From an uncultured bacterium (GTDB lineage: Bacteria > Krumholzibacteriota > Krumholzibacteriia > JACNKJ01), in assembly GCA_963695095.1 (NCBI GenBank), contig CAVOFT010000001.1, positions 3,488,001 to 3,552,000 of the forward strand: a DNA stretch of 64,000 nt. The letters run 5' to 3'. Below are positions 10,882 to 20,560 of this stretch, one piece after another; position 1 is the stretch's first letter; each line of letters begins with the position of its first letter. Under the pieces are notes generated by a model that saw only the letters and a program-made list of their open reading frames with translations, was not told the origin of the DNA and ran no database searches. The position numbers were made by a program, and so were the translations under genes.

Positions 10882-11358
10882 ATGAACGATCTCAGTCCAG
10901 AGTGCGGCAAAGCGACAGCGGCCGATGCCAGGCCGATCGTCCACATCATCGACGCCGACGGCCTCTGCCGCGAAAGGGTGCGCGCCCTGCTCGGCAAGCT
11001 GGGCGTCTCGACGCAAGCCTACGTCAGCGCGGAGGACTTTCTCTCCCGGTACGCGCCCCACCGGCGAGAGTGCATCGTCACGGCGGCTTCGCTGCCAGGC
11101 CTGAGCGGGCTTGCACTTCAGGACGCCATGAACCGTAAAGCGGGAGCTCCCCCCTTCATCTTCATCTCGGACGACTCCAACATTCGTGTGGCGGTGGAAG
11201 CGATGCAGGCCGGGGCCGTCGGCTTCATGGAGAAGCCCATCATCGGCCACGTCCTCCTTGACTACATTCGTGCCGCCTTGAGTTCCTTGGCCTCATCTGG
11301 CCCCGAGATCATCTCCCGACCGCCCGCCCTGGCTTCTCACGCCCAAGGAAGGCGATGA
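10882..11358 (+). CDS. Stand-alone FixJ-like receiver domain lacking the phospho-acceptor Asp
   Basis: REC fold with the conserved KP; CIVTAASLPG aligns with CLVLDIRMPG of the 11841..12452 protein. Confidence 0.75.
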   Translation: MNDLSPECGKATAADARPIVHIIDADGLCRERVRALLGKLGVSTQAYVSAEDFLSRYAPHRRECIVTAASLPGLSGLALQDAMNRKAGAPPFIFISDDSNIRVAVEAMQAGAVGFMEKPIIGHVLLDYIRAALSSLASSGPEIISRPPALASHAQGRR

Positions 11359-11831
11359 AGCGGAGGATCCTGCCGGCCGTGGACGGATCGGCGCATTCGC
11401 GGAAAGCGGTTTTGAACGTCAGGGACATGGTGGCCGAAGTGAGCGATGTGGACATCACCCTGTTTCAGGTACCGATAATCGAGGTAATGTTCGTCAACAG
11501 CGAGCATCTGTCCGCAGATCCGAAGAGGGGTTTCGACAATCTGGTGGCCTCCTTCCTTGCCGACGCGGAGACGCACGTCGTCGCGCAGGCAAGACAAGCG
11601 CTCGCGGCCTGGCAAGGGCTGCCGGCCGGAGTGAGGGTTCACGACTAGATGATCAGGGACGTGGTTCCCGATGCGTCCAGCGCGATCCTCGATGAAGCCT
11701 CCGCAGGCACTTACGACACCCTCGTGCTCAGCCGCCGGGGCAGGAACGCGATCAAGGAATTCCTGCTCGGCAGCGTAACCTCAAAGGTACTGCACCAAGC
11801 GAACGACTGCGCAGTGTGGATCGTGGAGTAG
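11355..11831 (+). pseudogene. Universal stress protein interrupted by an in-frame TAG (11646-11648)
   Basis: ILPAVDGS N-terminus and RRGRNAIKEFLLGSVT..VWIVE C-terminus lie in the same frame. Confidence 0.8.
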
Positions 11832-11840
11832 GAGATGGCG

Positions 11841-12452
11841 TCAGCTATCCTGATCCAAAGCCATGCGCACGAGTGCTGCCAACGACTCCGCTTTCATCTT
11901 CATCATCACCCGTGCGCGGTGTATCTCAACGGTTCGCTCGCTGATGTTCAACTCCTGGGCGATCCCTTTGTTGGGCTTGCCCGCGACGACGAGTTGCATG
12001 ACTTCACGCTCGCGTTTGGTCAATTTGGCCAGCTTGCTCTCGGTCTCCCGCCGACTGGCCATCTCGCGTCGCCGCGAAACGTCGGCGTCCAGCGCCTTCT
12101 GGACGCTGTCGATGAGTTTCTGGTCCCGGAAAGGCTTCTGGATGAAATCGAAGGCGCCAGCCTTGAGCGACTCCACGGCCATCGGCACGTCCCCGTGAGC
12201 GGTGATGAAGATGATGGGAATGCTCGCCCCCATCGCGGCCAGCTTCTCCTGAAGCTCAAGGCCGCTCATCCCCGGCATGCGGATGTCCAGGACGAGGCAT
12301 CCTGGCTGGTCGCCGTCGTAGGAATCGAGAAACTCCTGCGCGGAAGAAAGTGCTTCGGACTGGAGGCCGATGGAGCGCATGAGCAGTCTGATGGAGCGAC
12401 GAACACCGACATTGTCATCGACGACGTAGACGATGGGTCTTTCATCCGGCAT
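11841..12452 (-). CDS. FixJ-family response regulator (REC + LuxR HTH)
   Basis: VVDDN, LDIRMPG, KP and LTKREREV..NK.IA..L.ISERTVEIHRARVM. Confidence 0.93.
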   Translation of the reverse strand: MPDERPIVYVVDDNVGVRRSIRLLMRSIGLQSEALSSAQEFLDSYDGDQPGCLVLDIRMPGMSGLELQEKLAAMGASIPIIFITAHGDVPMAVESLKAGAFDFIQKPFRDQKLIDSVQKALDADVSRRREMASRRETESKLAKLTKREREVMQLVVAGKPNKGIAQELNISERTVEIHRARVMMKMKAESLAALVRMALDQDS

Positions 12453-13845
12453 GGTCTCCTCCGGGATCGACCGGTAGCGTGAAGTGGAAGGTCAGTCCGG
12501 ATCCCTTGTTTCTGGTGAACCACAGGTTTCCGCCGTGGGAATTGACGATTGACTTGCTGATCGATAGCCCGAGGCCCATGCCCGACTCCTTGGACGTGAA
12601 GAACGGATCGAACAGCTTCTCTTCGTCGGCGGTGGGGATACCGGGCCCGCTGTCGGCTACCGTAACTTCGATCATTTCCTCAACCTGTGAGGCTCGCACG
12701 CTCAGCGAGCGCCTCCCCGTGTCCCCGGCCATCGCCTCGATCCCATTTCGCATGAGATTCAAGATCACCTGCTGAATCTGGACACCATCCGCGATGACCT
12801 GGGAAAGCCCGACAACGTTCTCGAGGACAATTCTCACGCCGGCGCTCTTGGCTTCGACCTCGGCCAGCTTGACCACGTCCTGGATCAAGGCGGACAGGTC
12901 GCAGGGCTCGCGGTGTCGGTCCTGCCGCTTGACCATGGTGCGAAGCCGCAGGACGATCTCGCCGGCCAGCAACGCCTCGGAGCTGATGCTCTCTAGAGTA
13001 TCCTGGAGATCCGGACGACAGCGATCACTGGCGCCCAGCATCCGCAGCCCCGCTTGGGCGTAGGTCGCGATCGCCGTCAGCGGCTGGTTGACCTCGTGGG
13101 CGATGCCCGTCGCCAGTTCTCCTAGCGTGCGCAGGCGATCCATGTGGGCCAGGCGCGTCTGGGTGAGCAGCGCCTCCTCCTCGGCCTGGTTGCGCTTCAG
13201 AAGCAGCTCGATTTGCCTGGCGACAGTGTCGATCAGCGACTTCTCCTCGGCCAGGAAGGCGCGAGCGGATGATGGGACGGAGGCGGGTGGGTAGGCGACC
13301 GCGATGCGACCCCGGGGAATCCCGTCCACGACGATGTCGGCGCTCAGCCCGCTGTTGTCACTTGGGAAGCCTGGAGTCGAGTACTCCTCTCCGTCCAGGC
13401 CGATGCTGCACCGTGCCGCTTCCGGAAACAGCATCGCCTTTGCGACGATCTTCGCCACCTTGGTCATGATCTGCGGAAACCTGCCGTCGTTGCTCTCGAT
13501 GATGGCGGCGGTTTCGTGCAGGCACTCCAGTTCTCTGACCCTGTTCTGGAGAAGCTTGCGGTACCCGCCCGCCGTTTCGACCTGTCGCTTCATCAGCGCG
13601 TAGACCAGGACGCCCGTGGCGCCGATGAAGATAAGGTCCTTCGCGATCTGCCCCTGCGTGAGATCAAGGGGATCGCTGAACAGCTTGAACAGCAGCACGT
13701 CGAGGAAGATCACCCAGAACCCGCAGGCCAGCGCAAAGATCGCGGCGATCCTGAGCGGCGTCGGGCGCGTGCGTAGCCTGCCTTCGGATCCCGTCAGGGA
13801 TGGGACGTCAGTGGGCACGGGGCTTTGATCACGCTGGGGTTTCAC
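12442..13845 (-). CDS. FixL-like membrane sensor histidine kinase
   Basis: Two TM helices, GAF-like segment, H-box IAHEVNQPL, FFTSKESGMGLGL; overlaps the regulator start; start uncertain. Confidence 0.85.
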   Translation of the reverse strand: MKPQRDQSPVPTDVPSLTGSEGRLRTRPTPLRIAAIFALACGFWVIFLDVLLFKLFSDPLDLTQGQIAKDLIFIGATGVLVYALMKRQVETAGGYRKLLQNRVRELECLHETAAIIESNDGRFPQIMTKVAKIVAKAMLFPEAARCSIGLDGEEYSTPGFPSDNSGLSADIVVDGIPRGRIAVAYPPASVPSSARAFLAEEKSLIDTVARQIELLLKRNQAEEEALLTQTRLAHMDRLRTLGELATGIAHEVNQPLTAIATYAQAGLRMLGASDRCRPDLQDTLESISSEALLAGEIVLRLRTMVKRQDRHREPCDLSALIQDVVKLAEVEAKSAGVRIVLENVVGLSQVIADGVQIQQVILNLMRNGIEAMAGDTGRRSLSVRASQVEEMIEVTVADSGPGIPTADEEKLFDPFFTSKESGMGLGLSISKSIVNSHGGNLWFTRNKGSGLTFHFTLPVDPGGDHAG

Positions 13846-13959
13846 GTCTATAGAATAGGTACTACAGGCCCAGGGTGGAAGACCGGCCGGGCGTTTTCCG
13901 GCGGGGACCTGGGACTGCGATTCGACCCGATTTCTGCGGATGCGTCCCGCCAGTCCCGC

Positions 13960-14310
13960 GCCTGCGAAGCGCCGGTCAGCGAGCCGATCACGGGACATCC
14001 GATGCCAGGCGGCCCGTCCACGATCAGTAGGTCCTTCGCTTCGAGTTCCGCCAGGCGGCGCGCCTCCCTGCGCACCACGGACACGAACCTGCCGGAGTTC
14101 TCGGCGGCGATGTCCAGATGCACGTGCACCATGGTGCCGCTGCGGGTCGTGGATACCATCCACTCCCCACAAGGGCGCGTCTCGAGATCGATGGCATGGC
14201 TGCGGCAGAACCTCGCACTGACGCCGCAGCCGGCGCAGGCGTCCTGCCTGATGACCGCCTCGTGTCCGCTGTGGAACTCGTGGCGCTCCTTGACCTGCAG
14301 CGCGAGCACG
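13960..14310 (-). pseudogene. Fragment of a MinD-like P-loop ATPase with ferredoxin insert (COG1149-like)
   Basis: CAGCG, AENSGRFVSVVR and IVDGPPGIGCPVIGSLTGA; both ends missing. Confidence 0.75.
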
Positions 14311-14359
14311 AGATGCAGGCCCGCTGCATCGACGGCGCAATCGGCGAGGACGGTGCGGA

Positions 14360-14970
14360 CTTCCCCACGTGCTCAAGGATGCGCCGCACCGCGGCCGCCT
14401 CCGTCACGAAGGCGAGGATCCGCATGGCGCCGCCGCAGCGCTGGCAGACCAAGAGCAGCACCTCGTAGATCCGCGCCAGCAGCATGGCCCAGGCGTAGTG
14501 CACCGTCGCCCGCAGGAAGATCCGCAGCACCGGGCTCAGCGTCTCGGCCAGTGGCGCAGGTACCAACGCACCCGCTTGGGCAGGGAGAGCACCCACTGGC
14601 GAATAGGCACGCGCGGCAGCACCTGAGCGGTCAGGGCCGCCGCTGTCTCCACCATCCAGCGCGTGTCGCAGCTCGGGCACAGGCCCCGCGTGCGGCAGGA
14701 GAAGGCCACCAGGAAGCTGTGCCCGCAGCGGCCGCAGCGCACCTTGGCGAAGCCGTGGGCCAGGACGCCGCACTCGAGGTACTGGCGGAAGCTGCGCTCG
14801 ACGAAGGCGGGAACCGGATCGATCTCGGCGTCCGCCCGCCTTGCGAGGTCCAGGAAGGTCTCCAGGTGCTCCCGCACCAGGCGGTGTAGGAGGCACTGCT
14901 CCGGCCGCCGGGGGCGGCAGATCCCAGGCTCCGGAACGCTGGCTCGGCTGGCAGAGTAGGCGGGCAAGAG
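14360..14970 (-). mobile_element. IS91-family transposase pseudogene, copy 3 (N-terminal Zn domain fused to the C-terminal tail)
   Basis: YLECGVLAHGF..C..C..VAFSCRTRGLCPSC..RQWVLSLP followed shortly by HYAWAMLLARIY; catalytic core absent. Confidence 0.85.
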
Positions 14971-15041
14971 GCTCCCGCGAGGGCAGTGACGGCAGCGGGC
15001 GGATCAGCCTAACCCGGGAGTATCGAAAGTCGTGCCAAAAA

Positions 15042-15074
15042 GAAAGGCTCAATGACGCGATCAAGGGCCTGGGC
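15042..15074 (+). repeat. Direct repeat of S9 peptidase 3' sequence
   Basis: GACGCGATCAAGGGCCTGGGC is identical at 1445-1465 and 15054-15074, with imperfect upstream extension. Confidence 0.8.
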
Positions 15075-15122
15075 AGGCGGTGCGCTAGGAGTCGCAGCGG
15101 CTACGCCCGCGCGGGGCGCGGG

Positions 15123-16862
15123 CTACTTGATGAGCAGCAGCTTGATGGCGGCGCCCGCCTCGCCGGCCTGCAGGCGCGCGAGATACACACCTGTCGGCAG
15201 CGCGCGGCCGGCCGCGTCGCGGCCATTCCACTGCACGCGCTGCTCGTCGCCGGTGGCCGGGCCGTCGAGCAGGATGGCCACACAGCGCCCGGCGAGATCG
15301 TGGATGGCCAGTTGGACGCGCGTGCCCGCCGACGCGCTGAAGCGCAGCTCGGTCGCCGGATTGAAGGGGTTGGGCTGCGCGCTGAGCGCCAGGTGCGCCG
15401 CCGGCACCGCGGGCGCGGCCGTGAGGTCGCCCTCCACCAGCATCAGCCGGATGTTGTCGAAGTAGGGCGCCTGGTTGCGATGCTCCGTCTCACCGTAGCC
15501 CCAGATGCCCTCCATGTCCCGCACGGCCAGGCGTAGGCCGATGGCCTCGACGTTCCAGTACTCTCCGCCCGCCGATTCCCAAAGGGATTCGGTCAGGTCT
15601 ATGGTCCAGGTGTCCCAGCGCGCCCCGTCGCCATAGTAGAGCTGGTTGTTGTTCTCCCAGTGACCGAGGCAGTCGCTGCCTTCCGATCGCGTGGCGAGCT
15701 CCCAGTAGAAGAAGATCAGGTCGTTGAGCGGCAGATCCCGGTACACGTCCGCCTGCAGGATGACGTGCGTGGCCGGGCCCAGGAGCAAGGGCTGGCCGGC
15801 TGCATCTACGCTCAAGAACGGGCTCTCGATGGCGTCGTTCAGATACGGTTTGCCCCACACGATCCCGAACTCGTAACCCGGGGCGTTCCAGGCCGGCGTC
15901 AGGCTGTCGAAGCAGGCCCAGACGAAGCTGTCGTTCGCGGGCTGGACGCTGCCCTGGTAGAGGCCCGCGTAGAGCCCGGCGTAGTCGCCCGTGGCGGGAT
16001 AGGCCAGGAAGCTGATCTCCGGGGGGAGCGCTCCATCCTCGAAGTCCGCGGCGAAGACCTCGACACCGTCCACGCTGGCGCGCACGTTGTCGATCCACAC
16101 AGCACCCAGGTTGGAGAGATAGGAGCCGTCCTCGTCCGACCAGCCGCCATCGGAGAAGAAGCGAAAGGCCACGCGGGGGCGGTCCGCCTGATCCCCGAAC
16201 TCGAAGCGGGGGATGCTGACGCTGAGCTCACGGTAGGTCCGATCGCTCGCGATCGACTGGATGTAGACGCCGTCCCAGCGCAGCGGTCCCTCGCCGTACT
16301 TCACGTCCACCGCGAAGTAATCGTAGTAGCCGCCTTCGAAGTCGCTGCGAAAGGCAAAGTCCAGGCGCAGCGTGTCGCTCAGGGGATGCCCCGTTAGGTC
16401 CAGCACCGCAAACTGGTACCAGTCGTTGCCGTAGCCCGCAGGGTCGGACCAGCAGGGATCCTCACCGCCGCACCAGAGGGCGCAGTCGTTCTGCGCATCC
16501 TCTGGGTCGAAGGGAAGGGCCGGGCTCATGTCCGTGCCCGTGCCGGCGCAGATCGAAGTGCTCGCGAGCTGCCAATGGGTGGGCTGCACGGTCTTGTCCA
16601 CGCCCTGCCAGCCAGCAGGGGCCGCCTCGCCCGCGGGGCCGTCGAAGGTGAAGCCGCGGGCGTCGGTGCCCGGACTGCCGTAGCTGCCCGGACCCTCCGC
16701 CGCGAAGAGGAAGAGCGTGTCGCTGCGGGCGCCCGCCCCCGGGGGCGGCAGCTCGTCCGCCGGGCGGGGGGGTTCGCCGGCGCCGGAGGCCAGCAGGGCC
16801 GCGAGCAGAGTCAGAAAGGCGAGGGCGACCGGCGTCCGCCCGGGATGCGTCCTACCCATCAT
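15123..16862 (-). CDS. Secreted protein with C-terminal FlgD-Ig (T9SS-CTD-like) domain
   Basis: Hydrophobic signal, acidic beta-rich body, tail QPNPFNPAT..HDLAGR..WNGRD..GVYLARL; GGAGG RBS. Confidence 0.85.
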   Translation of the reverse strand: MMGRTHPGRTPVALAFLTLLAALLASGAGEPPRPADELPPPGAGARSDTLFLFAAEGPGSYGSPGTDARGFTFDGPAGEAAPAGWQGVDKTVQPTHWQLASTSICAGTGTDMSPALPFDPEDAQNDCALWCGGEDPCWSDPAGYGNDWYQFAVLDLTGHPLSDTLRLDFAFRSDFEGGYYDYFAVDVKYGEGPLRWDGVYIQSIASDRTYRELSVSIPRFEFGDQADRPRVAFRFFSDGGWSDEDGSYLSNLGAVWIDNVRASVDGVEVFAADFEDGALPPEISFLAYPATGDYAGLYAGLYQGSVQPANDSFVWACFDSLTPAWNAPGYEFGIVWGKPYLNDAIESPFLSVDAAGQPLLLGPATHVILQADVYRDLPLNDLIFFYWELATRSEGSDCLGHWENNNQLYYGDGARWDTWTIDLTESLWESAGGEYWNVEAIGLRLAVRDMEGIWGYGETEHRNQAPYFDNIRLMLVEGDLTAAPAVPAAHLALSAQPNPFNPATELRFSASAGTRVQLAIHDLAGRCVAILLDGPATGDEQRVQWNGRDAAGRALPTGVYLARLQAGEAGAAIKLLLIK

Positions 16863-16944
16863 CCACCTCCGAGCCAGGGGCAACGGAACAAGTCTAGCCC
16901 TGGCGAGAGGTGGCGTCAAACCGGCCGCGGCGGCGCCAGGGCGG

Positions 16945-18480
16945 CTAGTACGCCCCCAGCTCGCCCACCACGGCCTCGACGGCCTCGAGGATCTCGCCGC
17001 TCTTGACCAGCGCCGCCATCGCGTTGTGGTCGGGATAGAGCGGCCGGTCCACGTCGAGGAACTCCACGTGCTGGCGGATCACCGCGTGGGCCGCCCGCGT
17101 GCCCTTGCCGAAGCCGTAGTTGCGGAAGTCCAGGCGCCTGGGCCGCGGCCATCAGCTCGATGCCCAGCACGCCGCAGGCCGTGTCCAGGATCTGCCGCGT
17201 CTTCAGCGCCGAGTTCATGCCCATGGAGACGAAGTCCTCCTGGTCGGCGGCGGCCGGGATGGACTGGTGGTAGGCCGGCGTGGAGAGGATCTTCTGCTCC
17301 ACGATCTGCATGTCGGCCGTGTACTGGCTGAGCATCAGCCCGCTGAACATGCCCGCGCCCTTGGTGAGGAAGGCCGGCAGGCCCACGCTGAGCGCGGGGT
17401 TGGTGAGGCGGTTCAGGCGCCGCTCGCAGAGCACGCAGACCATGGTGATCGCCCCGCCCATGTGGTCGATGGGCATGCTGACCGGCGTGCCCTGGAAGTT
17501 GGCGCCGGTGAGCACGACCTTGTCCTCGGGCAGGAAGATGGGGTTGTCGCCCACGCCGTTGACCTCGATCTCGCAGCTGCTCGCGCGTCCAGCGCAGCTG
17601 GTCGCGCACGGCGCCGATGCACCTGCGGCGTCGAGCGCATGCGAGTAGGCGTCCTGCACCTTCACCTTCTCCTTGCCGCGTGAGCAGGTCCGAGCCCTCC
17701 ATCACCTTGCGCAGGTTGGCGGCGCAGGTCACGGCGCCCGCGGAAGCCGCGCAGCTCGTGCAGGCGCTCGTCGTAGGGCTTCATGTTGGCCTTGAGGGCC
17801 TCGAGCGTCATCGCCGCGGCGATCTCCGCCTGCTTGAGCCAGCGCTCGGCGTCGTGCAGGGTGAGCAGGCCGATGGCCGTGATCAGGTTGGAGCCGTTGA
17901 TCGTGGCCAGGCCGTCGCGCGCCTTGAGGCCGGGCACGGGGATGCCCGCCTTCTGGAAGGCGCGGTCGCTGGCCAGGCGCTCGCCCTCGTAGAAGCACTC
18001 GCCCTCGCCCATCATGGTCAGCGCGATCTGGCTCATCGGCGCCAGGTCGCCGCAGGCCCCCACCGAGCCCTTCGCGCAGACCACGGGCGTGACGCCGCGG
18101 TTGAGCATGGCGACCAGCGTCTCGGTGATCTCCGGTCGGCAGCCCGAGTGCCCGTGGGCGTGGACGTTCGCGCGCAGCAGCATGGCCGCGCGCACGTGCT
18201 CCAGCGGCGCCGGCTCGCCGATGCCGGCCGCGTGGTTGTAGATGAGGTAGCGCTGGAACTGCTGCACCTGCTCGTCGTCGAGCACGATCTCCGAGAACTC
18301 GCCGATGCCCGTGTTGACGCCGTACATGATCTCGCGCGCGGCGATGCGCTCTTCGATGAAGGCGCGGCAGGCCTGGATGCGCGCGCGGGCTTCGGGGTGC
18401 AACTGGACGGCCTCGCCCTGGCGGGCGACGGCGACGATGGCCTCGAGACTGAGCTGGGATCCGCTGATGACGACGGGCAT
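16945..18480 (-). CDS. hutH: Histidine/aromatic amino acid ammonia-lyase (MIO family), several frameshifts
   Basis: YGVNTGIG, GSVGACGDLAP, VQDAYS, DNP, GANFQG and QEDFVSMG spread over several frames (ORFs 17662..18867 and 16916..17665). Confidence 0.82.
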
Positions 18481-18730
18481 GCGCTGACCTCCGCGACGGC
18501 CCGGCCTTTGGCCGGGAGCCAATGGCTGACGGGTTGATCGCGCCCACCCACCCCGCTCGGCCGGAGTCCCGGCCCGCGCGCCGACAAGATGACGCGCGAG
18601 CCCAGCCTGCGTCAATGGGGCGCCTTCGGGTGGCGGGCTTGGGCTCGAGCTCCTGCGTTCCGCTATACTCGAAGCAAGCGGCTCCGGGCCTGATCGCCCC
18701 TCGACGACCCTACCCCGCACTGGACTGCCG

Positions 18731-19252
18731 ATGACGCGCTGGCCCCTGGTATTGCTTGGTCTTCTGCTCGCCGCCGCCCCCGGACCCGCCCAGGACATGA
18801 GCGGCAGCGAGGTCGCGCTGGTCTCGCCATCCCTGGTGAATGCAGGAGATGCGGGCGTCCTGTTCACCTTCTATGTCTACAATGGCAGCCCGGACGCGGA
18901 ATGGACCCGGACCCTGACCTTCAGCTTCCCGGCCTGCTTCACGGTGACGGGCGGCTCCTACGATGACGGCGGGCTCGGCTGGGTCTTCTTCTTCGCCGCC
19001 GCGGGCGCGGTCGGCAGCTTCACCGACGGCGACGGCGGCTACGGCGAGATCTACGACGGGGACGGCGGCTACTTCTTCCTCACCGTCGATGTCGGCGCCG
19101 ACTGCCCGGCCGGTCCCGCCACCGTCCACTGGCTCCAGGAGGGGGACGCCTGGGGCGCCGACCCCCACTCGATCGCAGGCGACCTGGGCTTCGCGATCGC
19201 CGGCACGGCCACCGCGCCCACTTCCTGGTCCCGCCTGAAGGCCCTCTACTAG
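18731..19252 (+). CDS. Secreted protein with C-terminal KxLY motif; paralog of 20561..21088
   Basis: Signal peptide MTRWPLVLLGLLLAAAPGPA; ends ATAPTSWSRLKALY. Confidence 0.85.
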   Translation: MTRWPLVLLGLLLAAAPGPAQDMSGSEVALVSPSLVNAGDAGVLFTFYVYNGSPDAEWTRTLTFSFPACFTVTGGSYDDGGLGWVFFFAAAGAVGSFTDGDGGYGEIYDGDGGYFFLTVDVGADCPAGPATVHWLQEGDAWGADPHSIAGDLGFAIAGTATAPTSWSRLKALY

Positions 19253-19334
19253 CCGGCCGGGGCGGTCCCGGGCAAGGCCCGCGCCTCCGGCTGGGGGACC
19301 CATTTCATGCCGACTTATCAGAAATCATCATCCA

Positions 19335-19364
19335 TTGATTTTGCGAACCCTCTCGCGCTATACT
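19335..19364 (+). promoter_or_regulatory. Putative sigma70 promoter
   Basis: TTGATT-18 nt-TATACT in an AT-richer intergenic patch. Confidence 0.5.
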
Positions 19365-19523
19365 CTGCGCGCCACACCGGAAGTCTCGAGGCCGCCTTTC
19401 GGCAGCCCGATTTCGTGCCCTGTCACGCTGCCGACCGGCCGAGCGGGGGTTAGGTGTGCGCAGACTGCGCCCAATCGCCTCCGCTCGCCTCGGGAGTTCC
19501 CAGGCAGCACCATAACCGGAGGC

Positions 19524-20246
19524 ATGAATATGAAAAGACTGCTCTTCGCTCTGGCCCTGACGGCCGTGCTGGCCCTGCCCGCCCTGGCCGAGAAGCCTGA
19601 GGTGTCCCCCATCAGCGACTACGAGCGGGTCGCCTGCGATCTCGTCTCGATCTGCTGGACCTGGGACGGCAGCTTCACCACCGAGGCCTGCGACGCCACG
19701 GGCGGTCTTCCCGTCTGGCAGTATGGCCCCTCCACCGGCATTCCGACCGTGGACTGCTACGGCAACCCGATCACCAACGTGCTCGGCACCATTCTCAACG
19801 GCAGCTATCCGAGCAACTCGGGGCATCGGGCGATCTTCGGCGGCAGCTTCCTCGTCAGCGAGTCCTGCTATCTGCTCGAGCTGTGCCACTACTATGACAC
19901 CGAGAACAGCTACGACGGCGGCAACCTCGAGGTGAAGGTGGGCAGCACCTACACCGTGGTGCCTCCGGTCGGCGGCTATCCCGACGCCCAGCTCTGCGAG
20001 AGCACGAGCTTCTATGCCTACTGCGTCGACATGCAGCCCGGCTTCACGGACGGCCCCACGGCGGGCTTCGTGAAGGACTGCTTCGACCTCAGCGCCTTCA
20101 TGGGCCAGACGGTCCAGATCGCGGTGAAGTTCGGCAGCGACAGCTCCGTGACCTACCCCGGCTGGTACATCGCCGGCGTGATGGCTGGCGGCCTGACCAC
20201 GGCGGTCGAGGAGAGCACCTGGTCCACGATCAAGCAGCTCTACTAG
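19524..20246 (+). CDS. Secreted Cys-rich protein (MAM / immune-inhibitor-A-like beta-sandwich) with C-terminal KxLY motif
   Basis: Signal MKRLLFALALTAVLALPALA; HYYDTENSYDGG..FGSDSSVTYPGWYI; ends AVEESTWSTIKQLY. Confidence 0.85.
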   Translation: MNMKRLLFALALTAVLALPALAEKPEVSPISDYERVACDLVSICWTWDGSFTTEACDATGGLPVWQYGPSTGIPTVDCYGNPITNVLGTILNGSYPSNSGHRAIFGGSFLVSESCYLLELCHYYDTENSYDGGNLEVKVGSTYTVVPPVGGYPDAQLCESTSFYAYCVDMQPGFTDGPTAGFVKDCFDLSAFMGQTVQIAVKFGSDSSVTYPGWYIAGVMAGGLTTAVEESTWSTIKQLY

Positions 20247-20275
20247 CCCGACCCTTCGTCTAGCGAAGGAGCGCT

Positions 20276-20311
20276 GGGTCCGCGTCCCTTGGACGCGGAC
20301 CCTCTTTGTTT
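20276..20311 (+). terminator. Intrinsic terminator
   Basis: GGGTCCGCGTCC-ctt-GGACGCGGACCC followed by TCTTTGTTT. Confidence 0.8.
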
Positions 20312-20418
20312 CTGGCCTCTGCACCCAGCGTCCGCCAACAGACGGGAGATCAGCCCCTTGTTGGTAATGAATAAGTTACGCAATTCGCGTGTCGGCCATA
20401 AATCTGCCGCTCGACGCA

Positions 20419-20448
20419 TTGACCGCTGCCGGCCCCTTTCGCTATACT
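20419..20448 (+). promoter_or_regulatory. Putative sigma70 promoter
   Basis: TTGACC-18 nt-TATACT upstream of 20561. Confidence 0.6.
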
Positions 20449-20560
20449 TGAGCCACTATCGACGACTCTCCGGGTATGCCTAGTCCGGGAGCCGCTTCGT
20501 AGCTGTACACCTTGTCGATGCAACATCGAACGGCTGCCATCACCCCTGGAGGGTGTCCCC

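Noticed and set aside
20356..20385. dif/Xer-like AT-rich site (TTGTTGGTAATGAATAAGTTACG)
   Set aside because: Only one arm resembles such a site; it may simply be a promoter-upstream AT-rich tract.
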